Made by a program: the position numbers and the translations under genes
Part shown: positions 1-9,364 of the stretch, piece after piece
Layout of the letters: every line of letters starts with the position of its first letter
How positions within the stretch are numbered: the stretch's first letter is position 1
Notes under the pieces: generated by a model
Seen by the model: only the letters and a program-made list of their open reading frames with translations
The model's database searches: none
What the model was told of the DNA's origin: nothing
NCBI RefSeq assembly: GCF_000787575.1
Contig: NW_012236531.1
Coordinates: forward strand, 370,142-395,394
Length of the DNA: 25,253 nt
Reading direction: 5' to 3'
Origin: Acytostelium subglobosum
Taxonomy: Eukaryota

Positions 1-2791
1 AAGAGGTACGTGCAATGTTCATACTGTTGTCTCTTAGTATCACATCACCAAATGAGAAGGTCTGGTTCCTGAACTGTCCAGTGACATTGAACTGTATCAA
101 GTACTTGTTGGATGTGGGGTTGGCTACAATATCATACTTGCGTATTAATCCATCCATGTTACTAATCACATTGATTGTACCACTGTGGAAACCATTTGGT
201 TGGTCCTCAATCGTAATCTCCCATCCAACCTTGATGACCTGGTCCAGTGATGTGAGCACGACAGGGTTGGGTCCAACGACCTTTACATCTGTGATCAAAG
301 GTGGCATCTCATCACCATCTTTGATTGGGTGTTTGGATTATGTTAGAGTGAGCAATGATGTGGAAGGCTGAACCTGGACTTACAAGTTGAGGTGATGTTG
401 ACGTATGAGGTCATGGGGAACTTGAGTTGGAGCAGAGCACAGTCCAATGACTTCATACCGGTAGGCACGAATGAGTTGTCCCAATGAAGTGGCTTGATTG
501 TCTCAAAGTCATCAAGACCAAAGAATACAAAGTATTGAAGTTGTTTGGTGTAGGTCCTTGCAGGTACATTGAACTCCACCACGAACATTTGAATCAAGTA
601 GTCAAAGTATCCATACGCCAAATAGTCTGGGTTCTCCTCTGGATGACCATATACCAAACCAACTCTCCAATCCAAGTTGTTCCTAGTCGTATTGAAATAC
701 AACTTATTGCTCATTCTTGATGAACTTACATTCATCACATAAGTCTCAAAGTAGAACATGGTAATATCATCCACATTATAGTCAACTAAAATGATTGATT
801 GATTCATTGATTGATTGAGTTAGTGAGTGAGTGCGAGAGTGATGGGAATGGTTCCATACATACCATTGGCACGGATGTGACCAAGGGGAACAGTGTCAAA
901 GTCGTGACCTTTGGAGTGGATGTAGAGACTCTGCTCGGCATTGTCAATGAGTAGTATTGAGTATACTGGTGATTGGCTGATGGGATAGAGTACTTCATCA
1001 ATTGTAATAATCTTTTGATATACACCATCCAAGTCATTGAAGCCAGATGCTTGATCACTTTGATCAATTCTAACTGATTGACCATTGTCAAAGTGGATAA
1101 CCATCTGTCTGAATCCACTTGCATCTTCATATATGGATGCTGTCACTAAGTACTTGTTACCATGGAAATGTTCCACAATGATGGATTGGGTGAGCGATGG
1201 TGGAGTGGTGTCATTCATCATAGATGAGGGCTGGATTTGGAATTCCTTGATCTCGGTCTGTGAGGAGAGGAAGTAATGGGAGTTGGAGGTTGTCTTGCCA
1301 TTTTTACTGAAGAGGAATGATGCCGAGATCTCAACGAATGCAGACGCGTTGTATCCATTCAAGCCAAAGGGATACTCCCAAAATAGACTTGGGGACATCC
1401 ATTGCCACTCTGGATTAGCTCCAACAAATGAGTATCGGGATGGATATTCTTTGAATATGGTGGTGATCCTGATTGGGTCCCAATCCCTGGCTGCATCCAA
1501 CACAGGAAATCTATCCACTTTAATTATCTCACTGTAACTATTGGCTGTTGGTTTGTTTTGGTTTGGTTTGGATGAAGTGGGATGTTAATATTGTTATCGA
1601 TTGAGTTGGAATGATTCCATTAATGAGTGGATATGACTTACTAAAATCCGATAAGATATCCATAACATTGATGAGTGTATCCTTGGTGGCTTGGTATAAT
1701 ATGATACCAGCATCGTTGGTGATTGATGATAGGACTAGGGTCTGTGTGTCTGTTGTTGGTGAGCCGAGAACAGGACGTACATTGTCAAGTGGTCCCAAGT
1801 ATACATCGTTGTTGAATGATGGCACTGAGAAGAAGTCGCCCTCTGATGATGAGTTGATCACAGCAGCAAGATGTCCATATTTAAATGCCTTGTTCTGATT
1901 GAGTACATAATATGGATAGACTTTGATGTCGCCATTTGTTGTATTGGCCGTACCCTTGGTGAACAATGGTGGGTAGGACAATGTTATATTGCGGTCATTG
2001 GCATAGTCCCTAATAACAATATCCACTGTACCATTGTAGAACTCATCTGGAGCGACACGCAATAGTAGCATGCTCTGATTGTTTGGTAGTGGACGATAGT
2101 AATCAACTTGACAACTCAACTTATTGTAGGCGAAGCATTCGAATGAGTTGTACATCTCTTCCAACGACTCGTTCAATACCAAGTATCCTCTGAATGCATC
2201 GACCAATGCTTCCTGATTGTTCACCTGCTTCAAATAAGACTGAGGCATTGGCAACACTCTTGTCCTTGTCAAAGTAGGTGTCAACTTTGTGATGTTCAAT
2301 GAGGGCAACTCTGTTTGATTGATTGATCGTGTGTGAGTGAGTGGGGGTTGAAATGTTAATTTAAGGGACGGAATGATTCCAGATAACCCTCTATCGAGAT
2401 CAACATATAACATACGTTGACAAACGAATTGTAGTTTCCATGTTATTTGGGTCTTGTTGGTGTAGAGTGTATGTGATTGGGCTTGGCTGGAGCCGAGAGG
2501 TATCTGGACTTGTTCCAACACAACTAGTTGGTAGGTGCTGTCTAGAATGGTCGCTCTAGTTGGTTCTTTCTTTGGTGTTGGGAATCCATGTAACACTGTC
2601 GTGTTGTAAACAAGGTCCGTGTCATCAACTGTTAGATATATATCTAGCATACATCCTGTACTTTGAAGTTCCCCATTATAATAACTATAATAACGTTGGT
2701 CATATTTAATATTAGTAACACTAATACTATTACAACTATAAACAAATAATAATAATATTATTAAAAATAATAATATATTAAAGTTATACAT
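1..2791 (-). CDS. Secreted, N-glycosylated protein of unknown family (partial; continues beyond window start). Proposed exons on the minus strand: 2791..1642, 1517..864, 785..384, 288..1. Introns: 1641..1518 (124 nt, GTAAGT...AAAG), 863..786 (78 nt, GTATGT...TTTTAG, with ACTAAC), 383..289 (95 nt, GTAAGT...CACAG, with TCTAAC).
   Basis: ATG at 2791..2789 is followed by a classic signal peptide (MYNFNILLFLIILLLFVYSC). The protein is >830 aa with many NxS/T sequons. Three ORF-track pieces (1538..2791, 820..1518, 343..807) lie on the same strand. The first junction changes frame; the other two are separated only by in-frame TAA stops (820-822 and 343-345). Each junction is bridged by an intron with consensus donor, branch and acceptor that restores frame; for example the A at 1642 plus TG at 1517-1516 rebuilds a codon. 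After the third intron, the frame stays open for the 95 codons that remain before position 1. The ORF 15..371 on the plus strand is antisense to exon 4 and is rejected. I do not recognise a family from the sequence. Confidence 0.7.
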
Positions 2792-3230
2792 TGTTAACTA
2801 ATCAATATATATATATATTGAGGTAATGATTGAATGATTAGGAAGTTAAGGTCTAGACTAGACTTTAATATTAAGTGTAATTGAGGTCGTTGGATTTTAT
2901 TTATTATAAATTAGCGATCAGTATAAGTATCGCTTAAGATCCGGTAGAGTGCCCTTTGTTAGATGGGCGGAGTCTATGTTCCGAAAGGATTTGATAGTTG
3001 ATGATCATTGCGACTGATACACTCACACACACACAATCAATCATATCCAGAATGGGCACAAATAAATATCGGGGCTTGGCACGAGCTCAATCTGACTAGT
3101 ATCCATTAATTTAGAGTCCAAAGGGGGTACTGTACCAATATGATGATGACGAACCTCCTACAAATCACAACTCTGTGCATAGTGAAATGATTGTAATAAC
3201 ATGATATTGGAGTACTCGAATTGGATTCAT

Positions 3231-5454
3231 TCATTCATTGACAACGTCATCCTTCAGATAATTGATTGATTGATTGGTGATGATTGAATGGTCAGTCACG
3301 GAATGGTTCATTGCAGTTGGCAGACTTTCCCTCTTTGGCTTGAGTACTCCACGTAGATATTTGGCCATTTCCACTTGTGGAGGATATCTTCTGACTTTAC
3401 AATCATTGTAAAGCCTCTCAATCATTCCAGAGTCGTCGTTGTTATCACTTAAACAAACTGTATGTTCAATGATATAGCGTACAACGTCCAAATTTCCACA
3501 CGCCACTGCAATACCAAGTGTTTCACCAGGGAACTTGTCATTAACATTATGGAGTTGACGAACAATATCAACTCGCCCTGCTTCTGCTGCCTTGAACATG
3601 ATGACACTCCTCAACTCCTTGTTCTGATTGATGAGGGTCTTGACCAATCGCATGTCTGACGACTTGTCAAACACAAAGGTTGGCTTAGACTGACTCCTTG
3701 TGTTAGCCCAATGATCATGCTCATCAGGCTCGGGAGCGGGGAGCAGATGAAGGAGATGCTCATGTCCACGATTGATTGCCACCTGTCTGATGATCGCCAA
3801 GTGTCTCGGTGTACATTCGATACGATCGAGACTCTTCAGCGACTGTTTGAGGACAACCTCGTCACCAATGTGCGCTGCAAACTTAGCTATTTTAAAATGC
3901 TCGTCAAGTCCTTGCACTATGCGGTGTGATCTCTTTGCGATCATTGCTGTGGCGGCCGGATTGATGAGCATCATATTGGAAAGTAGGAGGTTGTCGGGGA
4001 TCATCACACATTCCTCTGAGAGGAGGAATGCGATCATTTTGGCGCCGCCAGTACAGACAAAGTTACTTGGCAATGACCTGTCACAATAGTAAGGGTCGCC
4101 CAACTGGAGAAGTCTGAGTTTGAGGCATGTGTTGAGGTGTTGGAGAATAGCCAAGCCCTCCTCTGGGCTGTTGTGCTTGAGGCAGAAGATCCAGTTATTA
4201 ATGAACTTTGTTAGGATGGGACGATCGCCAGTGGAATCAGTCCACGCTGCGGCCACCATCACCTGCTCCAATGTCGCCCAACTCAGGAATGATGGGACTT
4301 TTGCACTCCTATGCGGCCCGACGAAAGGAATGAGCCATGGCTCCCGCCTGCCTTTGAGAATCAAGGCAACTTTCGAAATGATCATCTTATACCCATCTCG
4401 TGCGACCATCTCGCTTTGAACATGCTCTTAAAGATAAAGAGTGGCGGCGATCAGTCGTTGCTCTGGGTCGACAGACGCAAGTCCAGTAGTACTGGCTGTG
4501 CCTGCAAGAGCAGCTCGACATTGTTCCACCGATTGTTGGATGTCACGATCCAGCTCAAGCTGCATCGTCTCCAAGTTGATGTTGATATTGAAAAAATACT
4601 TCTTGAGTGCCAGGAGTGTCTGTATCAGGTGTTTGTCGTCCTGTATTCGACTGAGCGTGTCATGACCGGTAATGACGTCCGCGACCAACTTCAAAAAGGT
4701 GTCCTCTCCAAACACTGGTTGTCCTACTTGTTCAATGAGCGATATGTCTCCAGTGGACAATAGTGCAACCAACAAACGACTGTCGTTGGGGTCACTTGAC
4801 AACACCGCTTTGAGTCGCGCGATAAAGGTTGCATGTGGGAGTTGTAGTTGCTCAAGTACATCTTGAGTTGACAACAATGGGTCGCCACGGTGGATGCACA
4901 ACAGAACATCCTCTATCTCATCTCTAAATAGTGGGTCGCTGAATGCTGATACGCCACTGTCGAGCAACAACTTGGCCACTCCTAGGTGTCCTTCCCACAA
5001 AGCCACGGTCAGGCAGTCCCTCTCGAATTGGATTGGTTCGTTCTGTGAAAGGAGTAGTGAGACGATTGAAGGGTTGCCTGCTCGTATGGCCAGGTGCATT
5101 AGATTGGGGTCGTTGAAGCGGTTCCGTGCAGCTGCTGCACAGCACTTTGGTGGAATCGGGTCCAAAGCGCAGGTGACGGCCAGTCTTTACCCGATCGGCG
5201 AGCAAACCAAAGTGTCGATGCTTGCATATATCGTTGACGCTGCTCCATTGCTCGTATCGGACAAGTTTGAATAACTGAGGGTCTTCTCTGTTTGATTCCT
5301 CCCATTCAAGATACTCAGAGAATGCTTTCTGAAGTCGCCAATCATCATAGTTTATTGTCTTGGTCGACGTAGTTGTAGACAATATATCTAGACTGTGTGA
5401 TCGTACATCTCGCAGTACCAGTCGCACTGGTGATGTTGTTGTTATCTCTATCAT
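3231..5454 (-). CDS. Ankyrin-repeat protein, about 720 aa, minus strand. Exon structure is only partly resolved: exon 1 is 5454..5191 (ATG at 5454..5452); a possible short intron is 5190..5145 (GTAAAG...CCAAAG, 46 nt, no clear branch motif); then 5144..4431; an in-frame TAA at 4428-4430 separates this from 4409..3231.
   Basis: Ankyrin-like repeats are visible in translation (NLMHLAIRAGNPSIVSLLL; EGHLGVAKLLLDSG; TPRHLAIIRQVAINRGHEHLLHLL; GETLGIAVACGNLDVVRYIIEH). Three ORF-track pieces on one strand (4924..5505, 4428..5165, 3231..4409) need at least one frame change and must skip one in-frame stop. The donor and acceptor assignments here are weaker than for the other genes. A candidate 66-nt intron 4483..4418 (GTACTA donor, CTGAT branch, pyrimidine tract ccgccactctttatctttaag) would remove the TAA while keeping frame. 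Confidence 0.5.
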
Positions 5455-5519
5455 GATTGATATTATTGAATGATTGAATGAATGAACAGAATGGAAGTTA
5501 TACAATACATTGAGGTAGG

Positions 5520-5525
5520 TTTATT
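5520..5525 (-). terminator. AATAAA poly(A) signal (TTTATT on the plus strand) about 110 nt downstream of the MVP stop.
   Basis: Hexamer seen in sequence, in the expected position and orientation. Confidence 0.5.
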
Positions 5526-5632
5526 GATGAGGGAAGTAACAAAGAATAATTTAATATTCCTTGTTGGATGGATTGATTGATGAATGAATGAATGTTGTTA
5601 CCGTGGACAACACCAAGTCAGTGTGATGGACC

Positions 5633-8193
5633 TTACTTGGTCTTTGGTGCACCTCCAAGCAAACCGTTGGCGGTGTTGAACAGGTTGATTGGCGATGAAC
5701 CGTCGGTGATCATCACCGAGCTGAGACCCAGACCCTGCAGGAGCTTGGCCTGCATCTCTGGACCAGCCTGGGCGATCGATTTGATGGTCTCTTGACCGAT
5801 GGACTCGACCAGCTGCTTGAACTTCTTGGCCTCGATGGTGGAGAGCTCGCGCTGTCTGTTCAACTCCAACTCGTCAATCTGCTTCTTGTAGGCAAGCTCA
5901 GCCTCACGCTTCTGCTTGACCAGCAGCAACTCGGACTCGGCACGGATCTTGGTGGCCTGAGCACGGAGCTTGGCCTGCTCGACGTTGGCCTGAGCAGTGA
6001 TGGCTTGTGCCTCAGCAGTAGCCTGAGCCTCAGCGGTGGCTTGACCGGTGGACTCGACGGCAGCAGACTGAGCCTGCAGCTCCAGAAGGTCCTTCTTGGC
6101 CAACTCGGCGGCGGCCTCATCATTGATCTTTTGACGCTCCAGACGACCACGGGCACCCTGCTCGAGCTTCTCAGCCTCGTGACGGGCAGCAGCCTCTTGG
6201 GACTTGGTGGTGATCTCGATGGCCAACTGCACAGACTTTTGCAGAGAGTCACGAGTTCTCTGGTCGACTGGCTCGACGGACTGAATATCAATGTTGGTGA
6301 TGATCAGGTTGTTGGCGTTGAAGGCAAAGTTCTCCTTTGGAACTCCATTCTCATCAAAGCCAAAGACGGCGTGGCGGATAATCTCAGCAGAGCGCTTGTG
6401 GAAGTCGTCGAATGGGACCGAGGCGACGGCACCACGGACACGGGAGGCGATGGCCTTGCAAGAGTCACCGACAAAGTCTGGCACCTGGAAGATCTTGGCA
6501 GCCTCCTCAGTCTGGGTCTTGTCGACGATGAATTGCCAGTTGTATGAGAGCTTCAATGAGAGCTTGGCGTGGTCGGATGTCTCGACAATGACGACATCAG
6601 TCATAAAGTCTGGTCCGAGGTAGAGGGCGATGGCCTTGATCATGTGTGGGCGCTTTGGCTTCTCACCAGAGAGCGAGAGAACGGTGAAACGCTCATCTGG
6701 GCCCAACATGACTAAGTCTGGGCCAAAGACGACACGAGACTTCTTCTCCTTGTAGTCGTAGATCTGGACGGCAGAGTTGTGTGGTGCGCGGTAGGTGACG
6801 ACACGGGTCTTGTCACGGTTATCAGAGAACTCGGGATCGTTGGTCTCCTTGGCGAGGACCTCCTCGACGGTCTTTGGCAGCTCCATGGACCACAACTCCT
6901 CGTTTGGCTTCAACATGTATGAGCGACCAGAGATGGTGGTGATCTTACCACTCTTGATGTCACGGATGTAGATACCCTCATTGTCGTCCAGTGGGATGGA
7001 GTCACGCTTCTCGACGACCTCAACCTGGACGGGTGGGACGTAGTCACATGGGCCGTAGATCATCCAACGGTCACCGGCCAAGTGCTTCTCCTTGCCATCG
7101 TCAAAGGTCTCCTTGGCACGCAGCAAGAGGGCCTCTTGCTCGTTGAGGATGTAGATGGACTGGATGCGGTTGCCCTCGAGGGACTCACCTGGACGCAGGA
7201 AGAAGGACAACTCACCCTTTCTGAGCTCCTTCTGTCCGAGCTGTGGCTTTCCATCGGTACCGATTGGGTCCAAAACGACACAGTATTGGCGGTTGGTTAG
7301 GGTGGTGATGTTGACCTCACCGACGACAGTCTCGTAGACGTCTGGGATGTGGGTCTCAGAGTCATTGGCAGTGACCAACCACTCCTCACCAGCCTTGCGG
7401 ACCTTTTGGCGATCGTCGGTAAAGGTCTTGACGGCCTTGAGGTGGAGGGCCTTCTTGTCGGTCAGAATGTATGCGTTGATTGTGTCGATGACCTTCTCGT
7501 CGACGCCTGGCAGGTAGGCGCCAACCTGTCTGATCAACCACTCCTCACCAGCCTTGCGGGTGGCGCCGTTGCGATCGATCAATGCCTTGTTGGCACGGAG
7601 CTTGAGTGCCTGGTTTGGTGCAATGATTGTGGCCTTGACCTCCTCCTCGATTCTGACCTCAATGCGTGGGATGTAGGTGGCGGGTCCCTCGAACAACCAC
7701 TCATCACCAGCAACCTTGCTGGACTTTCCGTCGGTGAAGTCGCGCAGGGCGTGCAGTCTGAGTGCCTTGAGCTGGGGCACGATCTGGAGGGCAGTGACCT
7801 TTCCACTGAGCTTCTCACCTGGGTACAGTGGGAAGGGCTCTTGGGCGAATCTGATCTCCTCGTCTCCGTGTCTAAGCTTGACCTCATTGAACTCGTTGAG
7901 CACCAATGAGCCGTCGGCACTGCGTACGACTGGATTCGAGATTGTGCAGTAATGTCTCAGTGGGATCATGATCATTGGCTCTGGTCCAGCGACTACCTTC
8001 TCATGGTCCTGACGAGTGAATGTGTTTGGACCAACCTCAACCCTGGTAACATTTGTATTATTATCTAATACATGAATGTAATGATGTGGCTTGATTCTAA
8101 TAACTATTGTTCCATGATTGAATGAGTATGTGAGTATGTTGGAATTGATGTTAGTTCAGATATATTTTACTTACCTGCATTGTCTGAAGACAT
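5633..8193 (-). CDS. MVP: Major vault protein (MVP), 828 aa. Exon 1 is 8193..8175 (ATG TCT TCA GAC AAT GCA G, phase 1). The intron is 8174..8104 (71 nt, GTAAGT donor, AACTAAC branch, CAATAG acceptor). Exon 2 is 8103..5633 (stop TAA at 5635..5633).
   Basis: The translation aligns along its whole length to metazoan MVP as I remember it, through the N-terminal MVP repeats ([25 protein letters not shown]; [12 protein letters not shown]; [23 protein letters not shown]), the shoulder/cap-helix region ([16 protein letters not shown]; [24 protein letters not shown]) and the C-terminal coiled coil ending [13 protein letters not shown]. The ORF-track M at 7975 is internal. The reading frame stays open upstream to 8103 with MVP-like sequence but no in-frame ATG, and the start is supplied by the 19-nt exon upstream of a consensus intron. 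Antisense ORFs such as 5792..6547, 5860..6291 and 7349..7909 are repeat-driven artefacts. Confidence 0.93.
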
Positions 8194-8611
8194 CTTTAAC
8201 TATTTTGAATGTATATATATTAAGGGTATATATTAGTAAGTAATACAAATAAAGGTGAATGAAGAGATAGATATATTAGATTGATTGATGATGTCAAACA
8301 AATTAAATGATCTGCTGAATGAAGCAATAGTTGTGTTTGAGGCTCAATTATATAAATAAATATCTTTGGGGTGATTAGTGTGTGCATCAGCTGTTTTTGA
8401 TAATTTTATTTATTTGTTCCAAGAACATATAATTGGAAATGAATAAGAAGTTTGTCAATCTCAATAATAACTAATTATTTGTTACGCACGTCTACTCATT
8501 TTAAACTTTGTTGAACTTCGTTCCTATCAACTCAATCGATCTATTCATGATCATTAACCAAGCCAACAATATTATAACATCACTCTCGCATCCGACAATA
8601 CAAGTATTTTT

Positions 8612-8634
8612 GAAACAAACAAACAAACAAACAT
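8612..8634. repeat. (CAAA)n microsatellite in the MVP/Frizzled-like intergenic region.
   Basis: The sequence reads gaaacaaacaaacaaacaaacatg. Confidence 0.9.
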
Positions 8635-8899
8635 GTTATTATTAACATTAACAAATAGTTATAGTATAACTATTATATATCTATCAATGATGTAATATCT
8701 TTTGTTGTAGTTGTGGTGTTCTAGATTACCCTTTTGTCAATCAGAGAATGACAGAGTGTTTGATCCAGATCTCCATGGGATGTTGTTGTGACCCACTACT
8801 GTTTTTTATTTTTGGGACGGACCCACCTTGCCTACTACTTCATCAAACAAACAATCAAACAATCAAAGAGACAGGGCTTTCAAAGCAAGTCCATCCATC

Positions 8900-9245
8900 A
8901 ATTTCAAACAAACAGGCACACACGTGTTGAAGGGTGATTGAAATAAGGCGGAGGCCGAAGGGATGACATCCGTTGTGACATCAACACTGTCACATTGATT
9001 GTATGTGTGTTGTAGTTGGAGCGATTGAATCGGAATGAATGATCTGAATGAGAAGTGGTGGGGTGTAATTGCAATGATCCCTCTCCGCCGGAGGTTGAGA
9101 CTAATCACTCTTAATGGTGCATATCTTGGGGTGACCCGAAAGGGCCACATTCACTTGATCCATCCATTCCAAAGGCAGAACAAGATAGCGTGTAGAGAGT
9201 GGACGCGTCTCCACTTTATTGCAGATCTCATCATCCATCATCCAT
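8900..9245. other. GC-richer, non-coding-looking island in the otherwise AT-rich divergent MVP/Frizzled-like intergenic region. It may be a 5' UTR exon, a promoter module or a small structured RNA.
   Basis: There is a local composition shift. GGCGGAG (8948-8954) and CTCCGCC (9084-9090) can pair across about 125 nt. UGAUGA/CUGA-like box sequences are present but weak. The ORFs on both strands (8863..9150, 9035..9247) are unconvincing. Confidence 0.2.
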
Positions 9246-9364
9246 AATCAATCCTTGCTTATTGGACAACATCAAATCAATCAATCAATCAATCAATTAT
9301 AACTTATTATAACTAACATATATATATACTTATATTTATTATACTTTATACAAAGTTATAAATA

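Noticed and set aside
15-371. Plus-strand ORF of 118 aa at the window start.
   Set aside because: It lies antisense to exon 4 of gene 1, whose frame is open for 95 codons and is joined by a consensus intron. It has no start context or homology.
3790-3885. A possible additional intron in the ankyrin C-terminal exon, with a CCTAACA branch-like motif and a downstream CAG.
   Set aside because: The frame is open straight through and the only upstream donor is a poor GTGATG. I kept the unspliced reading.
5792-7952. A dense set of plus-strand ORFs (5792..6547, 6291..6623, 7082..7300, 7155..7337, 7349..7909, 7677..7952) and the minus-strand 5860..6291 and 7579..7920 inside the MVP locus.
   Set aside because: They are antisense or out-of-frame to a clearly conserved MVP reading frame. 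Their Leu/Gly/Ser- or Arg/Ser/Pro-rich low-complexity translations are typical shadows of a GC-richer coding strand.
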